This document shows, piece after piece, positions 33,447 to 45,077 of a stretch of DNA of 64,000 nucleotides (positions are counted from its first letter, which is position 1; each line of letters opens with the position of its first letter). The notes under the pieces are model-generated. The model was given only the letters and a program-made list of their open reading frames with translations. It searched no databases and was not told the origin of the DNA. A program made the position numbers and the translations under genes. The stretch is from NCBI GenBank assembly GCA_977017575.1, contig CDRNVI010000099.1, forward strand, positions 62,001 through 126,000. The letters are read 5' to 3'. This DNA is from Paramoeba atlantica (taxonomy: Eukaryota; Protista; Discosea).

Positions 33447-36400
33447 TACAGGGCATTACCTGTAGAGTAATAAAGTCTAACAGGACGTACGCATATGACG
33501 TCGCCTGCTAGACCATTTGCTAACCAAAGCTTTGGTTGTCCCATAAAGGGGATTCCCTTTTCAGCCAGAGTTGAAAGCTGCTCCGGATCGCCGTTCGGAT
33601 GACTTCGACACGGCACTTATCTGAGAGTGCCTTGTCACCCAAAAAGAGACGGTTGATGTGACGCAGCGTCGTAGAAGGGAGACCTCTAGCTCCAACTTCA
33701 AAGCATATCAAGTGGCAGTCTGAGTACCTTATTTTCGTCGGTGTAGAATATTTATGTACTTTTCTACTTTTCGGCAGTGGGCTTCGTGTACGTTTTCCTC
33801 CCAGGGCATCGTCAACTCAACGATAAATTCAGTTCCGTCGTTGAGTTTGACGATTCCATCTGGGCGAAGCTGTGTTTCCAGGTCGGACCACCATGCGGGT
33901 AGTTGACGTAGGTGTGGGAGATCAAAATGTGCCTCTGCGGTATGGGGGGAAGAGAGTATCGCGTTTGCAAAGGTGGAGAGTACACAATCATGGCGATATG
34001 TGTAACGTCCCTGTTCTAGTGATACCTTGCACGAGGATAAGAGGTGTCGTAATGTTTCCGGTTCTTGTTTACAAATTCGGCATTGTACTGTATCTGTGCC
34101 GTGAATTCCCCATGTCCTCAGCATTGTCCTAGTAGGGAGAGTGTTTTGTACCATTAAAGAAGTTGCGAAGCGGCTAAGGGAAGTGCTACGTAGTCCGTTT
34201 ATCGCGGCGCTGAAATCTTTCGCCTGTTCTTCCTCGGAGGCTATATCCCACCACTGAATAGCGAACGTTGACCTGCGGCGTAGTGCGTTGATCATTCGGT
34301 CCTCATTAAGCTCAAGAAGAGTTCGTTTTGCGAGGTCGCGATCCTCCAGTATGTGTGTGATGTCACATGCTGGTCGAATTTGGCCTTTCCTGCGCTTATG
34401 TTCTTCAGCCCGTATTCTTTCCTGCAGTGCGGCGGTAACGTTCGGGTCTCGGGACCGCTTCATTTGACAGAGAAGATCAGCTGTACAGTCCTCCCAGAGT
34501 CTGGACAAGCTGCAGATGTTCCATCCACGCTGAGAGTAGATTGCTTCGCTGCATGTAGTTCTAGCCGCATTGATCCACCGTTTCAGGGAGTGAGTACACA
34601 TTTTCTGAAGGCGTAAAATAAAGTTGAGCGTGATACATGGGTGTATAGTAAAGGTGAAGCGTAGCCGAGAGATGATTGCGTGTTGATATATCCAAATTTT
34701 TGATGGGAGGTCGTCGGCCGACTGCTCCAAGGAGGAGGCGTGGTCACGCGAAATAATCTCGTATGGTGGAAGTGTTGGGACCGTTTGGGGCTTTGATGGC
34801 TGTACTTCTTCTTTGTCGTCGGTGCGAAGGAGCAGAACGATCCGAAACGCCGATAACCCAGGGACCGCTCTCCCGTTCAGTACCTTGTTTACCGCTTTAC
34901 CCATTGAGCTAGGTGATGCGTAGTGGTTGTATAATTCCAGGCGGCTGTCGTGAAAAAGAGAAACCCAGTTCGCGTGGCGGGAAATGTGACTTGTTGAGTC
35001 TACTCTACTAACTTCTAAAAAAGTCACACGCTCTCTTTTCCATAAGTTCGTCTACGGTACACGTTTCTACGACGATGTCGTGTGCTGCACTTTTCCCATT
35101 GAGCGCTTTGGACAGGGCGGCTTCAGCCCCCTGGGGGGAAGGGATACGACTACGCACAAGTTGGCTTACGCATGCTGCATGCACATCCGGGAAATATCTC
35201 CATGTGTTGTCGTTGACGAGGCGGAGTTTGACAGGTTTTGACCGGGACTGGATAAAGTGGAAACGTTGCTTGTGTCGGTTATGGGTTACGGGATGCGTGG
35301 GGTCCTGGGGCGGCGGGAGATACTGTGACGGGCTGTAGGGAGTTTGTGTGGGAATCTGGGGACCCTCGGATTCATCCGAATGTAAATGGGTGTCCAGTTG
35401 TGATGGGGGTAAGAGGCTTCCTTGTTCAAGCGGCGGGCTTTGTATTCGCCCTACGCTGTGCGCTTGTTGGAAAACCCAGGATGGGACTTCGTCATCGCCA
35501 TTCTCATTCCGCGGACTGTGTTGGTGTGCTGGGGAAGATGAGTCCAAGAGAATGATACTTTCCGGTGCCTTGTTTTTGGGAGTCGGGATGGCTGGTTCCC
35601 TGGCAACGGCACGGTCAGCTGTCGTAGTGGTTGTGTTTAGGGACCGTGTGACGAGATTCTTGAGAAGGGTACATGGGCCGGTGGGTAGAGTATCCTGCCC
35701 ATCCAGTTTGCTTATCGGTGTGTCAAGCGAAGTCAACGGTGTGCCAGTGCGTTTGCAGCAAGGATGGCCGCACCCTGCCTTGTTCTTACATTTATGCTTA
35801 CAGGGCTCAACACGGTCTGCTTGTTCGGAGGCGGGGCCTAGGCCTTGCTTGCAGCACACGTGCTTACATTGATCTTTACTCTTGCAGATATGCTTGCATA
35901 CTCTAGTTAAGGCGTGGACCTGAAGTTGTGTTGGAGATTTAGGTTTGGGGAGGCTTTGGGAGTCCGGAGTTTGACATGGAACGCCGTTGAAAAGTAGGAA
36001 TTTGGCAAGCGAGCAGGCAGTTGATGCGACGGCACGACCGACGGTAACAGTGGGTGATTTTTGATGGGGAGTAACCTCCTTGGGTGGGGGTACATGTAAA
36101 TCGTGTTCGTCTTTTGGACAGGGTGCTATTGTGTACGACAAGCGTTCCTGTCCGGTGCTGCTGTGAGGTCGTACGGTTACCGCCGGGGTTGAGGGAGTGC
36201 CGTTAGCGTACGGTTGAGTGCGGCTTGAAAACAGATATCGTGTTGCAGCTCGCGCTGCCATGCCAAGTAGGTTGCTTGATTTCGGTACTTTCACATCCTG
36301 TGTTACGTGGTCACGGGTGCATGGCGGTGACGTTTCGTCCCTTTGTCGCGTACTTGGAGCTTCTTTGGGCCCGGATTCTTGGCCGCTCGCCGTAGTGCTC

Positions 36401-37085
36401 GTGAGTTCGTATGTTGTTGGTGTAAGATTACGTTTGCAACATGGGTGCCCGCAGGTCTGTTTGTTTTTACAGACATGCTTACAGGGTGTGCTACGTTGTA
36501 CCGGCATTACACTCACAGCCGTGATCACCTTTACGTCTTCTCTTGCATCCACCGGTGCGTCACTTCTCTTATTGTTGTACGTATCCGGTTTTACTACGCG
36601 TACCAGGTGTCGTTTGCAGCATGGGTGTTCACAGTGAGCTTTGTCCTTGCAGCGGTGTTTGCACTCCGGAACCGTTTGTTGTGTGGTGGGGGGGACGGGG
36701 TGAGGGGGAAGTTCGTTTGTGTGAGGAGTGACCAGGATATGTGGCCGCGTTACACCCCGCTTGCAACAGGGGTGTCCGCAGGTGCTTTTGTCCTTACAAG
36801 GATGTTTGCATGGAGCTGGGGGTGCTTCTCCTGTGTCGCTGGTAAGGGACTCATTGCTCTTTTGGGATATGAGAGCCTGGACGGTTCGGGTAGCAGATTT
36901 TGCAACCCTGTCTGTGGGAGTGCCTTTCAGGGACAGGTTTTTGTTTTGGTTAGACACGTCGCGTGGTCTCTTAGGAGAGTCCTGCGACGCCTGGTGTGTG
37001 CCCTTCCCTAGTAGTAAGCAAAACATGTCGTTGTAAAGGGTAGGGAAAAAATAAATAAAATCAACAACAAAGTACAGAAACTGTA
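33447..37085 (-). mobile_element. RLE-type non-LTR retrotransposon (R2/NeSL-like 3' half), RT core deleted
   Basis: ORF 35008-37026 with 5 Cys/His repeats; ORF 33729-35027 with KIWIYQH thumb, CRIC..H....C knuckle, GRYTYRHD, RPDG..ELT.PWE; tail ICFEVGARG at 33520-33711; no QG/YADD RT motifs. Confidence 0.88.
37065..37085 (-). other. Spliced-leader exon 3' fragment (SL relic)
   Basis: TACAGTTTCTGTACTTTGTTG; euglenozoan SL exons end in ACAGTTTCTGTACTTTATTG-like sequence (1 mismatch); not followed by a GT donor; 38 nt before an ATG. Confidence 0.8.
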
Positions 37086-37492
37086 TCTAATGCCTCATGT
37101 TTTAACGGAAGATCGCTCAGTACGATATGTCCGGTCATGGCGTTCCTTCTCCCGCTGAACAGAACAAGAGTTTGTGGGAAATATTGAATACACAACGGGC
37201 CAGATATTTTCTGCTCGTCCCAATCAATTTCAGTCATCTTATCGTCTTCGTTACATTTTACACCGTACCAATCACACACAGGGGTGTCGGTACTCCAGGA
37301 ATCGTGCAACTTCTCGAAATCTCGCACCAGTCGTGCCAGTTGATACTCTACTGGTAGAGTAGCCTGACTTATCCTTCCAGCTCGTATTAACGAGGTCCGG
37401 TTAAAGTGTAATGTCGATCCATCGGTGGTGCTGATTTTACGTCGTTTAGCCAGAATTTCGGGAGAATCGTGCGAAAACACCAGGGGAAACAT
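37086..37492 (-). pseudogene. N-terminal half of an LRR gene interrupted by a retroelement
   Basis: MFPLVFS..AKRRKIS..RAGRISQATLPVEYQL..CDWYGVKC; breaks mid-LRR (LPLKHEALD) at the SL-like sequence. Confidence 0.85.
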
Positions 37493-37718
37493 GCAGCAAA
37501 TTCGGAACACTAGAATATAGCACAAAAATATGCTAGCATACAAGCGCTGTAGAACACCATAAATATACAATGGTAGTACAGTTACAGTAGAACTGCCTGA
37601 TGCTTCTCTTTAGAGGCATACCATCGAACACCGATGGGTATAACTACAATTTTCCTTTAGTAATTATTTTCCTTTAATTTACCTGGTATGGTTCCTGTAA
37701 TACTCACGGGCACCGTAT

Positions 37719-38411
37719 TTATATGATTGTGATCCGTGTCCCGTCCATGTTAAAGTAGAACTGTGGAAAAGATGAGTCCCCTACATTGCTGAGATTTACG
37801 TGATTCTTAAAATCAAACTTTCCTTCCAAGTCAGGATTATTGTGCAGATCTAGCGACCGCAAATGCGGGGGAAGCGACGAGAACTCCACGACCCCGGAAA
37901 AAAGGTTGTCGTGAAGCTGGAGCGTTTTGAGCATCAGCGGCAAGCACACTAAGTTTGGAGTACCCGTAAATTGATTTTCACCGAGGTGCATGGACTTCAA
38001 CGGAGCCGGTAGCTGCTCCCAAAGAACTTCTCCTTCTAAATCGTTGCGCGAAAGACTCAACGTAAGCACCGTTAATGGTAGGTGCTCCCAATTCAACTTT
38101 CCACGAAGTTCGTAGTTACACAAGTAGATGGCACACATCCTTTCTTGTTTATCGCAATAGACCCCCTTCCACTTGCAAATGGATGTGTTTGTGCTCCAGG
38201 ACGAACCAGAGAACCTCGAATTGTTACGGGGAAGCTGGAGTCCGCTTACAAACCTCATCATGTCAAATACTTGAGGCACGGCAACGCCTCTCACTTTGGC
38301 TGGGCGATGAGTGGTACTTCGCTCGTTTGTGTAGTTGTCGTCCATGGAAAATCTAGCTGTCCAAAACTGGTCCCTAAGGGTCGAATTATTAGTGCAATAA
38401 ATGTTGTTCAA
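37719..38411 (-). CDS. LRR family protein (230 aa)
   Basis: RPAKVRGVAVPQ, CKWKGVYC, LRRs. Confidence 0.88.
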   Translation of the reverse strand: MNNIYCTNNSTLRDQFWTARFSMDDNYTNERSTTHRPAKVRGVAVPQVFDMMRFVSGLQLPRNNSRFSGSSWSTNTSICKWKGVYCDKQERMCAIYLCNYELRGKLNWEHLPLTVLTLSLSRNDLEGEVLWEQLPAPLKSMHLGENQFTGTPNLVCLPLMLKTLQLHDNLFSGVVEFSSLPPHLRSLDLHNNPDLEGKFDFKNHVNLSNVGDSSFPQFYFNMDGTRITII

Positions 38412-39705
38412 TTGTAAGTTTGACTACGCATTAACAATGTGCATGTACGAGGGATGAAACCTGCTGCAGAACATTACATATTATTACACAACATTTGACA
38501 CATTTGTTACTCTTTTGCGTTGATAGTTCTCCGAGGTAGGAGCCGATGGTGGGCGATGTATGATGACTAACCCTCCCAGCCAATACCTTTCATCTCCCCC
38601 CTCCGGAAAATGGTAACCCTTTCGTTGACTTCCCTTCATCTCTCTCTTCCGGAAAATGGTATCGTTCCCGATGATTCCCTTTCTTCTCTCCTCCTTCCTG
38701 AAAATGGTAAAAAACTAGAGCGGGGGTATATGCGTCTGTCTAAGCGAGAGAAAACAATTTATCACCAGCGATAACGATACTGCTTCTGTAATCACAAGCT
38801 TACGTTTTGTATGTTAGCATCTCCGTTAGACTTACGCTTACACAAGGACAATGGTGAGTCTCTAGTTCGCATTTTTTTGGCGACAGGAACAGAAAGTTTC
38901 GACTATTCCGTACAGAATTACACTCAATGTTCTAGATATCTTGTTCGAAAATTATTTCGTGTAAAAATACAAAAATACAGACTGACCAATACTAGCAGAT
39001 AATGAAAGAGAGAAAAACTTGCGCCGCGAAGGAAGAAGAAAACTTCCCAACGAATTTTGACTTGCACCGCATTCCTGGGCGGTACACTTACACTATTCAA
39101 GTGCATGATATTTATAATTCGTCAGTTCAAAAGATTTTACGAAGGGGAGCTGAAGAAGATAACCAGAGAGGTCACTATGGAACTTGTGAAGAAGTCACAC
39201 AACCTTGTTTGGAAAAAGTACGATAAAACTATATTAGATGTGACCAATCGGTATATTTGAACTACTATGCAATACTGGAACTCACTACTGGAACTACAAC
39301 TAATCGGTGTACTGGCTAATCGGTATAATGGAACTCCTGAAACAAACAATGGAAACAATCAGGTCAGAAAGACGGGACTTCGAAACAGAAGAAATAGGAG
39401 AAAAAGAGAAGGAAACAAAATAGCAAGACCTGATAAGCTCCATGAATCTGTCGCCCAGTCGAACCCGATGGAAAGTGTCGAGACTCTTCTAAAACAACAC
39501 GTACACAGCTCTGATGATATTCTTCACCACCAGTTGTGTCTACATTACGAGTGCAGATTCCGATGAGGGCTCATCGAAGCGGGAGTCCTCTCCGATAATT
39601 CTTTCGAATAACGCGACTCAGGAGGAACTGCTGCGATCACAGCGCAAATAGAAATTCTACCAACGGAGAGGTTCTTTTCTCCCTGGTAGCCTGATAGACG
39701 ATCTA

Positions 39706-40066
39706 CAGGGGTGCGAATCTAAAGGTGGGGGGGTCCAAAATTCGTAGAAGTTGTCCAATTTTGGAAAAAAATAGCGCATTGGATAGCTTTTACAGAGTTG
39801 TATGTTTTAGGATAGGTAGCTTCCGAGGTTTGGGGGTACCCGCCTTCGTGTAAGGGTCAAAAACACATATTGTAATACTTTAGTGATGTCAATAATTTCT
39901 GTAATTTGGATTGCAAAAGACAATTAGTAACCACAGTGCCCCCCGTTCCGACTAATAACAATTTCACAACGCTTCCTGAAACTCTTCAACGTTTTCTGAA
40001 CCGTTGCAGAGTGGGTCTGTTTCAATTTAAGGAAAGACCCCTCAATGGCGGCTTCCAGTTGCTGTC
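39706..40066 (-). mobile_element. Truncated second copy of the DD32E Tc1 element (right end)
   Basis: TA|CAGGGGTGCGAATCT; encodes ..KRCEIVISRNGGHCGY as in 25541-26662. Confidence 0.9.
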
Positions 40067-40278
40067 CGGAAGTTCGAAGAAGCACATCCGGCCGAAGACG
40101 TTGTACTCTGGGGTACAAATCACACGCTAAATATGTGTGCGTACGAGAAATACCCTCCCCAAATTATCGCATGCCACCCAAGTGTACGCGGTATTGCAAT
40201 ACAAATATCATTATATTCTCCCACATATCAAGGGTCTTTGATATGTGATTTATTTGAAACTAAGAATACCCAAGCAAT

Positions 40279-41151
40279 CTAAAAATCAACATCCAGGTTT
40301 CGAATACACGTATTGTAGTACTTGAACGATCCGTCACGCAAGCGGAGGGGTAATTCGTCTTCGTGGAATTTGCCGTGAAGCTCTTTGTTCTCAAACAACC
40401 ACAAGTACTCCATTTTCGTTGGGAGACAATCAAAGGTAACTGAACCATAAAATTGATTCTCCTGTAAGTATAATTGTTCTAGTGCAGATGACAAATGTCT
40501 TAGATCCGGAGTTCCTGTAAACTGATTGCGACCCAAGGAAATATGTTTCTGATGCGGAGCTAATTGTGTCAGATCCAGCTCGCCATATAACGCGTTTTCG
40601 TCAATCGAAAACCCATCTAGGGGTTCCGGCAGACAGGTGAGATCAAGCCTTCCTGTAAAATCGTTCTTGTGCAACACAAGCTGAAATATTTGTCGAGGAA
40701 GATCTTGTAGATGCAACTCCTCTGTGAGCACATTATTATGAAGGTCCAACCACGTCAAATTCCGAGGCACGACGTCGAGTGGCAGTTTTCCCCCGAGTCG
40801 GTTGCTGTTCGCAAAAAAGCCTGTAAGAGTCTGTGGCAAATATTCCCATTGCGGCGTACCACATAGTTTTCGGTTATCCCACATGATAGCGATGATTTTA
40901 TCAGCACCAGCGCACTTCACACCTTCCCACTCACACGCAGGCAATGATGTATTTCCAAATACGGAAGGTCCAGATTCCATGCCAGAGGTAATGTTTGTAA
41001 GAAATCGAGCTAACTCATACTCCTGTGGCAGGGTAGCGCCTCGTACTTTGGATGTACGCGAGGGGAACGTGGCAGTGTTTGAAGAAGCAGATTGCTTTTG
41101 CCGCTTCCGTGGCGGTGCATCAGCATCGGACAGAACTACCGTAAATCTCAT
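40279..41151 (-). CDS. LRR family protein with RKRQK motif (likely start MRFTVV at 41151)
   Basis: PPRKRQKQ, RTSKVRGATLPQEYEL, CEWEGVKC, ~8 LRRs; ORF track extends to 41247 through a duplicated repeat. Confidence 0.9.
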   Translation of the reverse strand: MRFTVVLSDADAPPRKRQKQSASSNTATFPSRTSKVRGATLPQEYELARFLTNITSGMESGPSVFGNTSLPACEWEGVKCAGADKIIAIMWDNRKLCGTPQWEYLPQTLTGFFANSNRLGGKLPLDVVPRNLTWLDLHNNVLTEELHLQDLPRQIFQLVLHKNDFTGRLDLTCLPEPLDGFSIDENALYGELDLTQLAPHQKHISLGRNQFTGTPDLRHLSSALEQLYLQENQFYGSVTFDCLPTKMEYLWLFENKELHGKFHEDELPLRLRDGSFKYYNTCIRNLDVDF

Positions 41152-41171
41152 GAAGTCAAAATATAAAAGGA

Positions 41172-42788
41172 ATGTACAGTAATGTATCCAGAGAGCTGAA
41201 CTACAGTAGAGATACAGCTGTATCTGTGTACAGCTCTCTGAAAACAAGACAAAACCACAGTGCAGTTCAAGGTGTCCCCACCCCAGTAACTAAAATGCAA
41301 AGAAATCATGATATGTTAATTTTTGGTTGAGCTTGAAATTGGTTGGAGCCGAATTGGCAATCCGTGGTTGAGAACTGTGCGATTTCTTCTTCCTTCATCA
41401 TCGGCCTTCATAGAAATTGCTCGTCGTACTTTTGTAAACCGTACGCGAGCTGGGAAAAGGGTGGTGTCGAAAATTTCAACGGCGTCGTCAGAGATTTCTA
41501 CCCAAAGTCTCATCCTTTCAGTAATATATCCCAAGCAGACCTTGATTCCGTATCCAGTAATACCAATGCTCGACCGAAAGTGGTGCTCCAAGACCAGTCC
41601 CCATCTGAGTTTGTGCAAAAATTACGGAAAATTCGACCGCAAATTCTCTTGGACAGCTCGCAGGAACCTTAAATCTCTTTTCGTGTGCGTGGGCTTCTTC
41701 CTTCAAATATTGTGTTATAAAACACTAATTTCCTATGAAACTGCGCGGGCCTTGTTTGTATTGGATATTTGCATTTCGTGTGCGTTCTTGCATAGAATGT
41801 CGTTTTCTTTACGTGTATGGGCATCAAAAGGTCTTGGCTTTATTACGGGTTGGGTATGGTGGAAAAGTTGGGCTCAGTCAGAAAAGTTGGGCTTCAGTCG
41901 TCTTGGCTTTGTAAGGGATTGGGTATGATGGAAAAATTGGGCTACGCAAATTGCTTCCCACTAACGACACACATTTTTGTCTTGCAGACGGGTAAACAAA
42001 GTCTTGGCTTTTCTAGGGGTCGGGTATGATGGAAAAGTTGGGCTTCGCAAATTGCTTCCCACTAACGTCAGACTCAGTGGCCCGGCCGGCCCCTCCGTGC
42101 GTTCGGCCTCTTATATTCCCCAAAACAACTACCACCTTCCGCCCATTTATCAGGGGTCGCTCGCGCGACCCCCGCTAAATAGGGGGGGAAGGTGGTAGTT
42201 GTGGGGTATGGAGGCCTCTCGCAACTCCGGGGCCTCACCGGGAGCAGGAATGAAATACTAGCGCTCTTTAACTTGTTTCTCCCCTCCACTTTTTTTCTTT
42301 TTAACTTATTTCCCCCCCTCCACTTTTTTTCATGGGGTCGATTTTTTTTTCGAGGGGGGGTCACTTTTTTTGAGGGGCTCGCAAAAAATATGCATTAAGG
42401 GTGCGAGTTTTTATGCATTATCAGTGGGACAATATGCATTATCAGTGGGACAATATGCGTTATCAGGGTGCATTATGCAGTATAAGGGTGCGAGATTTAT
42501 GCGTTATAAGGGTGCGAGTTTTATGCGTTATAAAGGTGCGAGTGGCATGTACAGTAATGTATCCAGAGAGTTGAACTACAGTAGAGATACAGCTGTATCT
42601 GTGTACAGCTCTCTGAAAACAAGACAAAACCACAGTGCAGTTCAAGGTGTCCCCACCCCAGTAACTAAAATGCAAAGAAATCATGATATGTTAATTTTTG
42701 GTTGAGCTTGAAATTGGTTGGAGCCGAATTGGCAATCCGTGGTTGAGAACTGTGCGATTTCTTCTTCCTTCAGCATCGGCCTTCATAG
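41172..42788 (+). repeat. 242-bp direct repeats (41172-41413, 42547-42788) bracketing the IS30-like fragment
   Basis: Near-identical sequence at both positions. Confidence 0.9.
41427..41672 (+). mobile_element. IS30-like transposase C-terminal fragment
   Basis: YFCKPYASWEKGGVENFNGVVRDFYPK..N.RPK..L...SPSE matches the IS30 YF..P...W.KG..EN.NG..R...PK..N.RPR....P signature. Confidence 0.78.
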
Positions 42789-43000
42789 AACGAGGAGGTA
42801 ATCAACGTGAAGGGAACATTGTGAAGGTGCTGTTTTGTGTGATTTTTCGTGAGAACTTCAAACAAAACAGTACCTCCACAATGTTCCCTTCACGTTGAAG
42901 ATTACCTCCTCGTTCTATGAAGGCCGATGAAGAAGGAAGAAGAAATCGCACAGTTCTCAACCACGGATTGCCAATTCGGCTACAACCAATTTCAAGCTCA
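42703..43000. repeat. ~300-bp near-perfect palindrome (foldback)
   Basis: ~140-bp arms, short central loop; left arm also present at ~41328-41413. Confidence 0.93.
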
Positions 43001-43456
43001 CTGCTTCGAAAATTTGAGCGCCAAAAGACACAAGAACTCCTTTTCGATTTGAGCGTCTAAAGACAGAAATACAAATCCTCCTACGTCCAGCTCGAACTAC
43101 CTACAGTGGTTTCAAGATATCTTCCGCCCCGCGGAATTTTGAGTTCTTTTATTCATTTTTTCTCATTTTTGCAGCATTTGATAGATCTCATTTTCCTGGT
43201 GAAGAACATTGCTGCCCTTTTTTTGTAGGGACCCTCCCATACCCCCTGGGACCAAAACACATGCTTTCTTGGGTCATTTTTCTGGAACGTATAAAATATT
43301 TCTGCACTTTGTTTGTTTACGCTTTGTCAAATTACTTTCTCTCGAATTATGGATTGTTTTCATTGCGTTTGATGACTGGGGGAACGAAATCTCTCGTTTG
43401 CAACAAAAATGAGCTAAAACGGGAAAAAAAACTCAAAATTCCGCGGAGGGGAAAGT

Positions 43457-44401
43457 TCAATGGAAACCACAGTATAAATCAACACCTCGAGGGAGCCTTC
43501 CGTGAAATTTCTTTTTCGGAACCCAATCCGTAAACTTATTCCCCCTCAGCAACACCCCATTATCCTCGCTCCATTCCATATACAGCATCTTGTGCTCCTG
43601 AACTTCCCCAAAATCCACAACCCCTTCGAACGCATTCCTCCGCAAATCCACATAAAGCATCGAGGGGGGAAAATCACCCGGAAAGGTCACCGACCCCGAG
43701 AGCGCGTTGCCGAATAAATTCAACAGGACCATAGACGACGGCATCCCGCTTAACTCCAGCCCCTCCGTAAACTTATTCCTTGACAGGTCGAGCCGACAGA
43801 GCGACGGGGGTAACCCTTTCGTAAGAAAAAGGGGCCCGGTAAATCGATTCATCCGCAGCCCGAGTTGCTGCAAACTCACCGGAAGGGCGGAGAGATCAAG
43901 AGCCCCAGAGGATTTCGCCTCCTGGAGGCGTAGCTCCGTGAGCTGCGGGTGATGTGAACTTTTACGGGGTAGGGGATAACCCGATAACCCGGTGCGCACC
44001 ACATCGACCCTACGGAGTGACCTGGGGAGATGGGAAAGGGTGAAGCCATCCCCCAGAATCGTGGGGTAGCTGTGGAGCTGGAGTTGCTCCAGGGTCGCGG
44101 GAAGTGCCCCCCAGGAGAGGTTTCCGGCGAGTTGGGGGGATCCCGCACGCCCGAGGAGGGTGAAAATGTTTTGGTGGGTATCACAGGTAATGCCGCGCCA
44201 CGTGCAGGGGGAGAATTTTTTTGCCGCTCCGAAGAGGCTCCGCTTTTCGGTCACCCAGGAGGGGTCGCGAACGGTGGCCCCGAGGAGAAAGGTTTCTAAC
44301 AAGTGCTCCTGAGGGAGTAAGTCGAGGCGTACTTTGCCGCACTTAAGGTGGGATCCGTCGTCCGCACCGTTGAAAGCATGACGCTCGAAGTTAAGAAACA
44401 T
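43457..44401 (-). CDS. LRR family protein (314 aa), ADDG subfamily
   Basis: ADDGSHLKCGKVRLDLLPQEHLL, SPCTWRGITC, LRRs; related to 60383-61387. Confidence 0.9.
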   Translation of the reverse strand: MFLNFERHAFNGADDGSHLKCGKVRLDLLPQEHLLETFLLGATVRDPSWVTEKRSLFGAAKKFSPCTWRGITCDTHQNIFTLLGRAGSPQLAGNLSWGALPATLEQLQLHSYPTILGDGFTLSHLPRSLRRVDVVRTGLSGYPLPRKSSHHPQLTELRLQEAKSSGALDLSALPVSLQQLGLRMNRFTGPLFLTKGLPPSLCRLDLSRNKFTEGLELSGMPSSMVLLNLFGNALSGSVTFPGDFPPSMLYVDLRRNAFEGVVDFGEVQEHKMLYMEWSEDNGVLLRGNKFTDWVPKKKFHGRLPRGVDLYCGFH

Positions 44402-45077
44402 TCCCGATGGTGAGTAGGGCTGTCCAATTCGAAATTTAAGCTACAACTTTGTAAATTAGCTGTGCAATGTAGTACCCCATAATGCCCCAGGTGTAGATCA
44501 ATGCCCTAGGGTAGTAAATCCATCTTAGCAAATCTCTCATTCAGCTTATTCAACTTACAGTATAGCCTTAATGTACAGTAAAGTACTTACAGCACAGTAC
44601 TTACAGTACAACCTTAATGTACTACAAACTTGCAGGCTTAATGTACTAGCGATGGTTCTCCTCATTATAAATCTTCTATTCTTCACATTATAAATATTAT
44701 TTACTTAGTATCTATGGAGATTATGTAGACAGTAGTTGGAGGTCGCTGACAGTCGCTGGCGATGGCTGACAGTCGCTGGAAGTCACTGGAAGTCACTGGA
44801 GGTCAGGATAACTAGAAATAGGACGAAGTCAACTGAAGTGAGGGGTGAAGCGTTGGAGTTCAACCCAGTTAATTTTGTTTTTGAAATGAGAATTCATATT
44901 TGACCCAAAAGAGGATCTGTCAAAGTTCAACACCTTGTTCTGATAGTAGTTTTGTCATGCAGGGCAAGACCGCCAGAGATATTTAGGGCCAGCAGGGGTA
45001 GGCACAATCAACGCTCCCTGCTGGACCTCTTCGCCTTCCGTGGGGACGCAGTGAAGGGCGCGGGATATCGAGTGATA

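Noticed and set aside
35008-35027. Programmed -1 frameshift at TTTTTTA between the two retroelement ORFs
   Set aside because: The ORFs are related by +1 and the heptamer is out of phase; removing one T fuses them, so a homopolymer indel is simpler.
37065-37085. A genuine SL RNA gene
   Set aside because: The 5' part of the exon, the GT donor, the intron and tandem context are all missing.
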